Assembly: GCA_002269645.1 (NCBI GenBank)
Contig: NIVC01002758.1
Span: 78,768 to 142,767, forward strand
From: Macrostomum lignano
Lineage: Eukaryota
Length of the DNA stretch: 64,000 bases
Reading direction: 5' to 3'
Within the stretch, counting starts at the first letter, position 1; each line of letters opens with the position of its first letter. The notes under the pieces are model-generated. The model did not search any database, was not told the DNA's origin, and worked only from the letters and a program-made list of their open reading frames with translations. A program made the position numbers and the translations under genes. Positions 1 to 41,000 of this stretch are shown here, piece after piece.

Positions 1-1945
1 TTTCCAGATCCTAAGGTCACCAGTTTTCCAGATCCTAAGGTCACCAGTTTTCCAGATCCTAAGGTCACCAGTTTTCCAGATCCTAAGGTCACCAGTTTTC
101 CAGATCCTAAGGTCACCAGTTTTCCAGATCCTAAGGTCACCAGTTTTCCAGATCCTAAGGTCACCAGTTTTCCAGATCCTAAGTTCACCAGTTTTCCAGA
201 TCCTAAGGTCACCAGTTTTCCAGATCCTAAGTTCACCAGTTTTCCAGATCCTAAGTTCACCAGTTTTCCAGATCCTAAGGTCACCAGTTTTCCAGATCCT
301 AAGGTCACCAGTTTTCCAGATCCTAAGGTCACCAGTTTTCCAGATCCTAAGGTCACCAGTTTTCCAGATCCTAAGGTCACCAGTTTTCCAGATCCTAAGG
401 TCACCAGTTTTCCAGATCCTAAGGTCACCAGTTTTCCAGATCCTAAGGTCACCAGTTTTCCAGATCCTAAGGTCACCAGTTTTCCAGATCCTAAGGTCAC
501 CAGTTTTCCAGATCCTAAGTTCACCAGTTTTCCAGATCCTAAGGTCACCAGTTTTCCAGATCCTAAGGTCACCAGTTTTCCAGATCCTAAGGTCACCAGT
601 TTTCCAGATCCTAAGGTCACCAGTTTTCCAGATCCTAAGGTCACCAGTTTTCCAGATCCTAAGGTCACCAGTTTTCCAGATCCTAAGGTCACCAGTTTTC
701 CAGATCCTAAGGTCACCAGTTTTCCAGATCCTAAGGTCACCAGTTTTCCAGATCCTAAGGTCACCAGTTTTCCAGATCCTAAGGTCACCAGTTTTCCAGA
801 TCCTAAGTTCACCAGTTTTCCAGATCCTAAGGTCACCAGTTTTCCAGATCCTAAGGTCACCAGTTTTCCAGATCCTAAGGTCACCAGTTTTCCAGATCCT
901 AAGGTCACCAGTTTTCCAGATCCTAAGGTCACCAGTTTTCCAGATCCTAAGGTCACCAGTTTTCCAGATCCTAAGGTCACCAGTTTTCCAGATCCTAAGT
1001 TCACCAGTTTTCCAGATCCTAAGGTCACCAGTTTTCCAGATCCTAAGGTCACCAGTTTTCCAGATCCTAAGGTCACCAGTTTTCCAGATCCTAAGGTCAC
1101 CAGTTTTCCAGATCCTAAGGTCACCAGTTTTCCAGATCCTAAGTTCACCAGTTTTCCAGATCCTAAGGTCACCAGTTTTCCAGATCCTAAGGTCACCAGT
1201 TTTCCAGATCCTAAGGTCACCAGTTTTCCAGATCCTAAGTTCACCAGTTTTCCAGATCCTAAGTTCACCAGTTTTCCAGATCCTAAGTTCACCAGTTTTC
1301 CAGATCCTAAGGTCACCAGTTTTCCAGATCCTAAGGTCACCAGTTTTCCAGATCCTAAGGTCACCAGTTTTCCAGATCCTAAGTTCACCAGTTTTCCAGA
1401 TCCTAAGTTCACCAGTTTTCCAGATCCTAAGGTCACCAGTTTTCCAGATCCTAAGTTCACCAGTTTTCCAGATCCTAAGTTCACCAGTTTTCCAGATCCT
1501 AAGGTCACCAGTTTTCCAGATCCTAAGTTCACCAGTTTTCCAGATCCTAAGTTCACCAGTTTTCCAGATTCTAAGGTCACCAGTTTTCCAGATCCTAAGT
1601 TCACCAGTTTTCCAGATCCTAAGTTCACCAGTTTTCCAGATCCTAAGGTCACCAGTTTTCCAGATCCTAAGTTCACCAGTTTTCCAGATCCTAAGTTCAC
1701 CAGTTTTCCAGATCCTAAGTTCACCAGTTTTCCAGATCCTAAGGTCACCAGTTTTCCAGATCCTAAGTTCACCAGTTTTCCAGATCCTAAGGTCACCAGT
1801 TTTCCAGATCCTAAGGTCACCAGTTTTCCAGATCCTAAGGTCACCAGTTTTCCAGATCCTAAGGTCACCAGTTTTCCAGATCCTAAGGTCACCAGTTTTC
1901 CAGATCCTAAGGTCACCAGTTTTCCAGATCCTAAGGTCACCAGTT
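1..1945. repeat. 24-bp minisatellite (tttccagatcctaaggtcaccagt)
   Basis: About 80 near-identical units with a g/t variant. Confidence 0.98.
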
Positions 1946-1989
1946 TTACAGACCCCAAGATCGCCAAACCGGTTTCTCAGATCAAAAGG

Positions 1990-3785
1990 TCACAAAACCA
2001 CCAGTTTCACAGAGAACCCAAAGTCACAAAACCACCAGTTTCACAGAGAACCCAAAGTCACAAAACCACCAGTTTCACAGAGAACCCAAAGTCACAAAAC
2101 CACCAGTTTCACAGAGAACCCAAAGTCACAAAACCACCAGTTTCACAGAGAACCCAAAGTCACAAAACCACCAGTTTCACAGAGAACCCAAAGTCACAAA
2201 ACCACCAGTTTCACAGAGAACCCAAAGTCACAAAACCACCAGTTTCACAGAGAACCCAAAGTCACAAAACCACCAGTTTCACAGAGAACCCAAAGTCACA
2301 AAACCACCAGTTTCACAGAGAACCCAAAGTCACAAAACCACCAGTTTCACAGAGAACCCAAAGTCACAAAACCACCAGTTTCACAGAGAACCCAAAGTCA
2401 CAAAACCACCAGTTTCACAGAGAACCCAAAGTCACAAAACCACCAGTTTCACAGAGAACCCAAAGTCACAAAGCCACCAGTTTCACAGAGAACCCAAAGT
2501 CACAAAACCACCAGTTTCACAGAGAACCCAAAGTCACAAAACCACCAGTTTCACAGAGAACCCAAAGTCACAAAACCACCAGTTTCACAGAGAACCCAAA
2601 GTCACAAAACCACCAGTTTCACAGAGAACCCAAAGTCACAAAGCCACCAGTTTCACAGAGAACCCAAAGTCACAAAACCACCAGTTTCACAGAGAACCCA
2701 AAGTCACAAAACCACCAGTTTCACAGAGAACCCAAAGTCACAAAACCACCAGTTTCACAGAGAACCCAAAGTCACAAAACCACCAGTTTCACAGAGAACC
2801 CAAAGTCACAAAACCACCAGTTTCACAGAGAACTCAAAGTCACAAAACCACCAGTTTCACAGAGAACCCAAAGTCACAAAACCACCAGTTTCACAGAGAA
2901 CCCAAAGTCACAAAACCACCAGTTTCACAGAGAACTCAAAGTCACAAAACCACCAGTTTCACAGAACTCAAAGTCACAAAACCACCAGTTTCACAGAACT
3001 CAAAGTCACAAAACCACCAGTTTCACAGAACTCAAAGTCACAAAACCACCAGTTTCACAGAACTCAAAGTCGCAAAGCCACCAGTTTCACAGAACTCAAA
3101 GTCACAAAACCACCAGTTTCACAGAGAACCCAAAGTCACAAAACCACCAGTTTCACAGAACTCAAAGTCACAAAACCACCAGTTTCACAGAGAACCCAAA
3201 GTCACAAAACCACCAGTTTCACAGAGAACCCAAAGTCACAAAACCACCAGTTTCACAGAGAACCCAAAGTCACAAAACCACCAGTTTCACAGAGAACCCA
3301 AAGTCACAAAACCACCAGTTTCACAGAGAACCCAAAGTCACAAAACCACCAGTTTCACAGAGAACCCAAAGTCACAAAACCACCAGTTTCACAGAGAACC
3401 CAAAGTCACAAAACCACCAGTTTCACAGAGAACCCAAAGTCACAAAACCACCAGTTTCACAGAGAACCCAAAGTCACAAAACCACCAGTTTCACAGAGAA
3501 CCCAAAGTCACAAAGCCACCAGTTTCACAGAACTCAAAGTCACAAAGCCACCAGTTTCACAGAACTCAAAGTCACAAAGCCACCAGTTTCACAGAACTCA
3601 AAGTCACAAAGCCACCAGTTTCACAGAACTCAAAGTCACAAAGCCACCAGTTTCACAGAACTCAAAGTCACAAAGCCACCAGTTTCACAGAACTCAAAGT
3701 CACAAAGCCACCAGTTTCACAGAACTCAAAATCACAAAGCCACCAGTTTCACAGAACTCAAAATCACAAAGCCACCAGTTTCACA
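1990..3785. repeat. 34/32-bp minisatellite (accaccagtttcacagagaacccaaagtcacaaa)
   Basis: Measured period 34; 32-bp variants. Confidence 0.98.
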
Positions 3786-3876
3786 GGAACCACGAGTGTC
3801 ACAGGTCTTAAGTCTTTCAAAGCGTTAATCTCGAGATAACAATAACTTATCTTATCTTACTCTCCTTGATTTTCAG

Positions 3877-31550
<27,674 letters not shown>

Positions 31551-31573
31551 TTAAGACTGTGATTTATCAGCTC

Positions 31574-31579
31574 AATAAA
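31574..31579 (+). promoter_or_regulatory. Polyadenylation signal of SMG1
   Basis: AATAAA 24 nt after the stop codon. Confidence 0.6.
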
Positions 31580-31899
31580 AATACCGTGTCGCCATGGCAA
31601 CATGCGTCTGTATAAGCAAATATTTAGGCCCCCGTGTGCCATACCAATCCATTGATCGATTTTGCAGTTTTCTTCCAATCTTCCTCTACCGTACTCAATA
31701 ATAATTCAATTGTTGTCTGATCTGTTTGGCATTCCGAACTCTACAATGAATTCTCTGACCATTCATTGCTGCTGCGCTCAGTCAGCCGGCGCGATTGGCC
31801 GCTGCGAAATGGCTCGTTTGATTTTGCAAAATGCTTGTTTGGAGAGCTGCTCCACTGCTCCGTGTGTTTTTCATTTTTTATGGACAGATAGACAGATAA

Positions 31900-32015
31900 A
31901 TTTATTGGTTGATAGATTGATAGACAGGCAGGCAGACAGACAGACAGACAGACACAGACAGACAGACAGACAGACACTAAGACAGACAGACAGACAGACA
32001 CTAAGACAGACAGAA

Positions 32016-32052
<37 letters not shown>

Positions 32053-32083
32053 CTAAGACAGACACTAAGACAGACAGACAGAA

Positions 32084-32120
<37 letters not shown>

Positions 32121-32145
32121 CAGACAGACAGATAGACAGACACTA

Positions 32146-32178
<33 letters not shown>

Positions 32179-32181
32179 CTA

Positions 32182-32222
<41 letters not shown>

Positions 32223-32237
32223 CTAAGACAGACAGAA

Positions 32238-32274
<37 letters not shown>

Positions 32275-32425
32275 CACAGACAGACAGACAGACACTAAGA
32301 CAGACAGACAGACAGACACTAAGACAGACAGACAGACAGACAGACAGACACTAAGACAGACAGACAGACAGACACTAAGACAGACAGACAGACACTAAGA
32401 CAGACAGAAAGACAGACAGACAGAA

Positions 32426-32458
<33 letters not shown>

Positions 32459-32459
32459 C

Positions 32460-32519
<60 letters not shown>

Positions 32520-32520
32520 T
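31900..32520. repeat. (GACA)n microsatellite
   Basis: Direct. Confidence 0.98.
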
Positions 32521-33159
32521 CACACGTGTTAGTGTCATTCGGTTATACTATGTGAATTATCCTTAGCTGTATTACAGTGTATACAATATTTATGTAAGGC
32601 ATGTAAAATTATAACACTATAATGTTGCGCTAGTGCTATTTCATCCTCAAAGATCCCCCTCTAAACTGGAGCAGTGCTGCTTATTTTTTAGGCATTGTTG
32701 CAGATTGTTGCGAAACTGCTGTCAATCAGATCTGCCTGGCTGAGCTGCCCTGCGATGCTTTTTGCTTAACAAAAAAACTGCAGCATGCTATTGCTATTTA
32801 CAAGGGGATGAATTGGCAGAAACTTGTCTAGTTGTTTTAACAACAACCTGGCTGCTACGTTCGTATTGCATTCCGTGTGAAGCATTGTTGACTTTGCTGC
32901 TAAAGTTGCACTCCATGCCTACATGGCTTAACCGAGTGCATGCAGTTTTGCAGATTCTGGAGAGGCTGCATGGCCATTTTCAGTACATGCAGCACCGCGA
33001 CAGCAGCAGGTGCAGTGAAGAGATAAGAGCATTCGGGTAAATAGGAGAAGCTGGGCTGAGGGGTGAGTGTGTATGAGATGAGATAGTAGGGAGTCAGAGA
33101 TCACACGTGTAAATTTTAAGCATCAAATGTACTTGTAAAAATGAACAGATTTTCGTTAC

Positions 33160-33380
33160 TGTCAGCTGGCAAGGGTTGCCTAATCAGCTGGCAAGGGTTG
33201 CCAAACCAGCTGGCAAGGGGTTGCCAAACCAGCTGGCAAGGGTTGCCTAACCAGCTGGCAAGGGTTGCCTAACCAGCTGGCAAGAGGTGCCTAATCAGCT
33301 GGCATTGGGGTTGCTTAATCAGCTGGCAAGGGTCGCCTAACCAGCTGGCAAGGGGTGCCTAATCAGCTGGCAAGGGGTTG
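33160..33380. repeat. 22-23-bp minisatellite (cagctggcaagggttgcctaac)
   Basis: Direct. Confidence 0.9.
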
Positions 33381-34023
33381 CCATAGTTTTCAGCAGCCGA
33401 TACCGATCAGAGACATGTAGATATAAATAAAATTTCCATAATTCCAATCGATAAGCCATGCCGCAAATGCAAATATTGGGAACAATTCTGCGACTGGTTA
33501 AAGTAACAAGAAATTTCCACTTTTAGAGAATAACTAATCCTACAGCAGCTTGCAGCATGCTTGAAGCTGCCAGAGCAAACAACCGCGTACTGCATGGTTT
33601 GCCAGACTGGTTAATACCAGTTATATTTGGCTATTCTCAATATACGAGTATGCATCGATCCGCTCTCAAGTCCAATTCTTAATCAACAATTCACCTGCCG
33701 TTCCTTGCCGGGTGCAGCGCCTGTCAATTTGGACAAATAATTGAGCCAAAATGAGAGGCACCAATAGCGTGGCTCCGGCTGGTGCGTGGTCATTGCCCCC
33801 CCCCTCCGGCAACTTACACTGTATATACAGTGTGTTTAGTTCTGTCTGCAGGAGCTTCTGGGCATGCAAAAACTCGTTGAAAAATAATTTGAGCAATTTC
33901 TGAGAACTATGCGAAATTCATGTAAGTGATTCGCACCTGGATTCTATACTGCAATTTGGCGACAAACCCTGCACGCAAGATTGTTATCCCCAATTATCAT
34001 CTTTCTCTGCAGCGAACTGCCGG

Positions 34024-34338
34024 ATGCGCCTTCTAAACTCCTGCATGCTGCTGGAGCTGATGGCAACCTTGGCTGCGGCTGGCACCACCGTCTCTAGCGT
34101 CGCCATGACAACTACGAGCAATAGCAACGCGGCTGTCAACAGGATTAAATGCTACGTTTGCGACCCCTGCAGCATCTCCGATCCGCCAACGATGGCTCAG
34201 GCCAACAATAAGTCCGTGTGCGAGCACTGTGGGGTGAGAGACGGACAGACAGACAGACAAACAGACAGACCGACAGACAGACAGACAGACAGAAAGAAAC
34301 ACAGACACTAAGACAGACACTAAGACAGACAGAGACAC

Positions 34339-34369
<31 letters not shown>

Positions 34370-34849
34370 CTAAGACAGACAGACAGAGACAGACAGACAA
34401 TAAGACAAACAGACAGTAGGCAGATAGAAACAGAGAAAAAAGAAAAGCCCTAATGCAGCTACTTTAAGTAGGAAGATGACAATTACGATCGTATTTAAGA
34501 AGGCATGACGCGGCTCCAAGTGTGCATGCGCTCGACGTATGCATAAAAGTTACAATGATAATGAGAGCTACCAGCAACCGTATTGCGTCAATTGCTGATT
34601 CGATTCCAACCCGTTCAACAGAAGTCCGTAGTGGGCTACTTGGGCACCGTCACCCGGGTAACCAGGCGCTGCTACAGACGCGAGGACCCATTGTACAAAG
34701 TCTGCCATGCCGGCATAGCTAAGGACGCCACTGACACGTGCTGCAGCAATGAGGACTATTGCAACCGAGCCTGTGGAATCGCTGCTGTTGCTGCTTTTGC
34801 GCCTGCTCTGGGATTGGCGGTGATCGCTATGGCACAGCTGATCAGCTGA
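34024..34849 (+). CDS. Ly6/uPAR (three-finger) domain protein, probably GPI-anchored; exons 34024-34233 and 34622-34849
   Basis: Hydrophobic N-terminus; 10 Cys with IKCYVC at the start and CC-x4-CN at the end; hydrophobic C-terminal tail; phase-0 gtgaga/caacag intron containing a (GACA)n tract. Confidence 0.85.
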
Positions 34850-34899
34850 CAATGCACCTTTAACTGTACCTAATCGTGTCTATGCTTTGACTGGGCCAT

Positions 34900-35490
34900 G
34901 TGTCTAACAGGTTCCTAACCCTAACAGGTCACGTGACTAACAGGTCGTGAGATCGTGTCTAACAATTTGTCTAACAGGTCATGAGGTCGTGTCTAACAAT
35001 GTGTCTAAAAGGTCGTGAGGTCGTGTCTAACAATGTGTCTAACAGGTCGTGGAATCGTGTCTAACAATGTGTCTAACAGGTCACGAGGTCGTGTCTAACA
35101 GGTCGTGAGGTCGTGTCTAACAATGTGTCCAACAGGTCGTGAGGTCGTGTCTAACAATGTGTCTAACAGGTCATGGAATCGTGTCTAACAATGTGTCCAA
35201 CAGGTCACGAGGTCGTATCTAACAATGTGTCTAACAGGTCACGAGGTCGTGTCTAACAATGTGTCTAACAGGTCACGAGGTCGTGTCTAACAATGTGTCT
35301 AACAGGTCATGGGGTCGTGTCTAACAATGTGTCTAACAGGTCATGAGGTCGTGTCTAACAATGTGTCTAACAGGTCATGAGGTCGTGTCTAACAATGTGT
35401 CTAACAGGTCACGAGGTCGTGTCTAACAATGTGTCTAACAGATCATGCGTCTAACAAATCATGTCTATGTCTAACAATGCGTCTAATAAC
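34900..35490. repeat. About 34-bp minisatellite built from gtctaaca subunits
   Basis: gtctaacaggtcatgaggtcgtgtctaacaatgt. Confidence 0.93.
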
Positions 35491-35828
35491 AGATTAACTC
35501 TCAAAAATCCCGCTCAGTGCTTTACTAAAGTTACTTTTTTCTTTATTTTTTTAAGTGCAAACCCCTTAAACTTTAACAGAAAGAAAAAGTACTAGAAGTA
35601 CTTCAAAATTGCTCTTATTTAAAAAGCGCATTTTTAACTTTCAAAATTTTAGCAGTAAGTTAATACCTTTAAAATGCGCAATCAGTTGATGGGAAGAAAA
35701 TTGATTAAAAATGTATTTTTTTGTTTTTAAAAAATTGATAATAACTACTAAGAGGACCATTTTTCGCGTTATTTTCCTAGAGCCGTCAAATTGTGCTTTA
35801 TTTACAGACTAAATCTAATCAGAACAAT

Positions 35829-36332
35829 TCACAGCAGAGTGCACTGGCTCATCCGGGCCCCAATAGACATCGGGCCCAATACGCCGTACTGCTCAAACGA
35901 AGAGTACAACGCCTCGTCAGCTCCGGTCAGAGTCAGACGATCGACAGTCGACGCTTCGGCAGCGCCGGACGGCAGGGGAGAATTCCACTCAGCAGGTGGC
36001 TGATCCCGATACTGCCAAACATCGTTGCCGGTCATTGCCCGCAGTCTGGCATGCCGCCGACGCATCTCGCTGAGCACAAGCGCCTCAAATGCCGGTCGAT
36101 CGTCATTCTGCTGCAGGCAATTGTCGTAGTCTACGGCCCACTGGCTGCAGTCCGGCGGCGTGCCGTAAACAAACTCGTGATGCCTGCGGTAGGCCCGGCT
36201 GCGGCAGACTCTGAGCTCTTCTTTGTAGATTGAGCAGGGTCGGATCAACCAGCTGTACCTGTCCAGTTTGGGATTGGGCTGCTGACTCTGCTGCTCTTCT
36301 GCCGGCTTTGTTGAGGCCTCGGCGATAGGCAT
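35829..36332 (-). CDS. C22orf39: C22orf39/UPF0545 (PANTS) homolog, single exon
   Basis: RPCSIYKEE...CRS...HHEFVYGTPPDCSQWAVDYDNC...VWQYRDQPPAEWNSPLP matches the family pattern PC..Y..E...C.S......Y.G..P.C.QW..D...C...VW..R..PP..W..PLP. Confidence 0.9.
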   Translation of the reverse strand: MPIAEASTKPAEEQQSQQPNPKLDRYSWLIRPCSIYKEELRVCRSRAYRRHHEFVYGTPPDCSQWAVDYDNCLQQNDDRPAFEALVLSEMRRRHARLRAMTGNDVWQYRDQPPAEWNSPLPSGAAEASTVDRLTLTGADEALYSSFEQYGVLGPMSIGARMSQCTLL

Positions 36333-36459
36333 GGTTGCTAGATAGTCAGTAAGATTAACTGAATTAACATGAATTCAATTTGAGCTGGGGAGTTGGCTTT
36401 GTGCGCTTTAATTGGTTCCTCTGTCTATTACACCATAATGAATGGGTTTGCTTTGACAC

Positions 36460-38090
36460 CTGACACCCTAGCCTAATATTCAGAAAAGCTTCTGACACCC
36501 TAGCCTAATCTTTGTATAGGCTTCTGACACCCTAGCCTAATCTTTATATAGGCTTCTGTCACCCTAGCCTAGTCTTTATATAGGCTTCTGACACCCTAGC
36601 CTATTCTTTATTTAGGCTTCTGACACCCTAGCCTAGTCTTTATATAGGCCTCTGATACCCTAGCCTAGTCTTTATATAGGCTTCTGACACCCTAGCCTAG
36701 TCTTTATATAGGCCTCTGATACCCTAGCCTAGTCTTTATATAGGCCTCTGATACCCTAGCCTAGTCTTTATATAGGCTTCTGACACCCTAGCCTAGTCTT
36801 TATTTAGGCTTCTGACACCCTAGCCTAGTCTTTATATAGGCTTCTGACACCCTAGCCTAGTCTTTATTTAGGCTTCTGACACCCTAGCCTAGTCTTTATA
36901 TAGGCTTCTGACACCCTAGCCTAGTCTTTATATAGGCTTCTGACACCTTAGCCAAGTCTTTATATAGGCTTCTGACACCCTAGCTTAGTCTTAAGATAGG
37001 CTTCTGACACCTTAGCCAAGTCTTTATATAGGCTTCTGACACCCTAGCCTAGTCTTTATATAGGCTTCTGACACCCTAGCCTAGTCTTTATATAGGCCTC
37101 TGATACCCTAGCCTAGTCTTTATATAGGCTTCTGACACCCTAGCCTAGTCTTTATATAGGCCTCTGATACCCTAGCCTAGTCTTTATATAGGCTTCTGAC
37201 ACCCTAGCTTAGTCTTTAGATAGGCTTCTGATACCCTAGCCTAATCTTTATATAGGCTTCTGACACCCTAGCTTAGTCTTAAGATAGGCTTCTGACACCC
37301 TAGCCTAGTCTTAAGATAGGCTTCTGACACCCTAGCTTAGTCTTTATATAGGCCTCTGACACCCTAGCCTAGTCTTTATATAGGCCTCTGATACCCTAGC
37401 CTAGTCTTTATATAGGCTTCTGACACCCTAGCTTAGTCTTAAGATAGGCTTCTGACACCCTAGCCTAGTCTTTATATAGGCTTCTGACACCCTAGCCTAG
37501 TCTTTATATAGGCCTCTGATACCCTAGCCTAGTCTTTATATAGGCTTCTGACACCCTAGCCTAGTCTTTATATAGGCCTCTGACACCCTAGCCTAATCTT
37601 TATATAGGCTTCTGACACCCTAGCCTAGTCTTAAGATAGGCTTCTGACACCCTAGCCTAGTCTTAAGATAGGCTTCTGATACCCTAGTCTAGTCTTAAGA
37701 TAGGCCTTTGACACCCTAGCCTAGTCTTAAGATAGGCTTCTGACACCCTAGCCTAGTCTTAAAATAGGCCTCTGACACCTGAGCCTAGTCTTAAGATAGG
37801 CTTCTGACACCCTAGCCTAGTCTTAAGATAGGCCTCTGACACCCTAGCCTAGTCTTAAGATAGGCTTCTGACACCCTAGCCTAGTCTTAAGATAGGCCTC
37901 TGACACCCTAGCCTAGTCTTAAGATAGGCTTCTGACACCCTAGCCTAGTCTTAAGATAGGCTTCTGACACCCTAGCCTAGTCTTAAGATAGGCCTCTGAC
38001 ACCCTAGCCTAGTCTTAAGATAGGCTTCTGACACCCTAGCCTAGTCTTAAGATAGGCTTCTGACACCCTAGCCTAGTCTTAAGATAGGAA
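36460..38090. repeat. 32-bp minisatellite with an internal inverted repeat (gacaccctagcctagtctttatataggcttct)
   Basis: Measured period 32. Confidence 0.97.
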
Positions 38091-41000
38091 CAAATGATCA
38101 ATTATATAGGCTTAAACTTTTAGTACTGCAGTATTAATTCTTAACTTTATTTTCTATATATATATATTATGTTTATAGGTTTTGTAAAGTTTATTACAAT
38201 TAGAAAAAAATAATTTTTAGGGCCTATTTTATATCTATATTATAATTTATGTCTTATTTAAAATAAGATTTTAACTTACAATAAAAACCTATTGTCTTAG
38301 GCCTTGATTATACTAATATACTATTATAATATAACCTATAGTGTAGAATATAAAATTACATTCTATTTACACTAAAGTCTATACAAAATTCCTATTCTAA
38401 TTTAAAATATAACTATTTTAATGTTAAAATATTTTGTTGCTATTATTATTTTGTTTGGCTTATCTTTTTATATTAATTATTATATAATATATTTATCAAA
38501 AAGCATAATGGCTATGCAGCAAGCTGCTCAAACAAAGAGTTCGTTTAAGGCCTTGGCCTTGCCCTTGGGCCTTGGCCTATTTAATATATTATATTTATAT
38601 TATATATAGGCCTCTATATCTAATAAAAGCATATTGGTCAACTGACTTTTAATCAAGAATTAGCCTAGTCTGATACTCTGACAGACTCTGACAGATCAGA
38701 CTCTGATATATAAAGTCATAACTATAAGTTTGAAATTGAATTTGAACAGCTCATTAACAACTTGATTAGACTAAGATGTTGAACTCATTTTACAGGTTTC
38801 AGCCAAGAACAAATATGACAAATTAAATTACGAATATGAATTGCAACATCGATCATTTTACAGCAACAAATGGATGTAATTAATTGATGTAGGCCTATTT
38901 ATGAAAGATTTGATGAAAAATAGCAACTAGCCCTAAAGTTTTGTTTTGTCTTGATCTTGAACTGCTCCCAAAGATTTTGCCTCTTAGACCCCTGCCATGC
39001 CTCCCCACTGTAAATTTAGTTAGATGTATAAGTGTAGTAACATCAAAATGAAGTGGTGTAAATTGCAGATAAATGAAAACGCTTGCACTTTTATTCGTCC
39101 TGTGATTAATATTATTTATAATAGTTATAGTAATAGTTATTCACACATGATCTTGCATAAAAGAAAGTATTATATTATTCAGTCAAAGCGAAAAAGACTG
39201 CGTCAGACGTAATATTTTATTTTACTGACATATGATAACTTATTTTGCATGTTTTCAAATAAACTTATAATGCAGATTATTTATCGTGCATTTTACAGAT
39301 TCTATCGCTAAGTATAAAGGGTTTAATAGATGAGGGAATTATCACAGAATTAAAGCAAATCTTATTTTACCAAAATTTTGCTTTTTCATGATTTTCAGCA
39401 TCTTTTATACCTTCTGTTCCTTTTAAAAAATATTTTTATAACTGCAGCCGAAGGTGCTGTACATATGTACATGTATGTAGTCTTTTGATCAGCTGCTCAG
39501 CACACATGATGCTTAGCACCATATCCGGTATAATATTAATAAATCACCTTTTTGTCCTTGCTTTTGGTTCAGTTTATTTGTTTTTTTTGGCGTGCATTCA
39601 TAGAATTATTAATAATATTCGTTTGCAGAAAGTTCCACACAATGCAAGGAGCATAGATAGATAGAAAGGATAGAACAAATAAAAAAACTAGAGTTCTTGC
39701 GCACGCGCGCTCACAAAAAGGCAGGAGGGGCAGGCAGCTGTAGTCTGGGGGCTGAGACCCAGCGCCTGCAAGTCAGACATGAACAGGCACTCAGCGTCAC
39801 AGTACAACCTTGGCCATGGCGCTTCGTTCTGTCGGCTGGTGTAGGAGGACCTGCAGGATGAGCCAAGGCCATGCACTGTCTCAAATCAAGGACACCAATA
39901 CAAGGATCATGCACTGTTGCACTGTTTTATACTTACATTGTTATACTAATTAAGTGGTCCTTGTTTCCACAGCGTCGCTTAATTACATGTATTAAAAATA
40001 TATAGGTACAATTTTGATTCAATGTCGACAACTTGAAAATTGAGAATCCTGATTGCTGATGATTAAGCAATACAGTAACTATGTAATTCAAAATTAATGA
40101 TGATCGATAGGTGTGCTCGTAATTTATAGATAGTCGCTTGACTACCAAATACAGCGGCTGCAAATACAGATGTTAGAATTTGTTTTGAAAGCTATTTAAA
40201 GCTGTTTAAAAATGTCTGGTAACTGAAAAGAATGACATCGAACAATACGATCATATAGGACCTTGTTTCTTGATCACGATTCCAAAAAAGATCTTTTTAA
40301 TTCCAAAAACTCATTAATCAGAAATTTGCTAGTTTTGGCTTAGTTGCTTATAAGTTCTTTTAAATCACAGATAGTGGTGCCATTTTAAGACCTTCTTTTA
40401 AATTATTCACAGTATATATATTTACTTCAAGAACTATATATTTAATACTGAGTCGTATTTCGCAAATATACCAATTGTATAGTTACATGCCTAGCAAAAG
40501 CTTGTTGGTGATAGCATACTGTACTTTAAAATACCGCCGATAAACACAAAAGTATGTCACGTGATGTTTACATACAAATGCATGGCATGAGAGCCTAGAG
40601 ACAGGACGGAGGCGTGTCTTTGATTCAGTCAGCTGTCTTCTGATATCAGCAATGAATCATATAGAAAGCTTGAGTTACAGTGTGATCAGAGAAACACTTG
40701 CTTTCGCCAAATATAGTGTTCTTGAGCTCAAATCTATAGAGAGCGGCATTACCACTCAAGCGGCTTATTTGATGACGTTTGATCTTCTTATCAGCTGTAA
40801 GACTAAATCCCGGTGTAAAATTCGACGTCGATTCGAAGTCGATTCGAAGTCGATTTTTCTTCTAAAGTCGAATTGACGGAGATGCCGAATAGAAGTCGAA
40901 AATTCGACTTCGATTTGAGTTGCATCAACAGTTTTAACAAATTAAATTTACTCTTATAAATATTAACTTGACCGTAACGGCAGTACTTTTAGTAACAGAA

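Noticed and set aside
1-3785. CRISPR-like or telomeric appearance of the regular arrays
   Set aside because: No unique spacers, no cas genes, eukaryotic context, and the units are not telomere repeats
32762-33040. Short ORF vaguely like a LINE reverse-transcriptase fragment
   Set aside because: Similarity too weak; no YADD-type motif or flanking RT sequence
39688-39914. GC-rich patch with small ORFs
   Set aside because: No motif or splice-consistent model found
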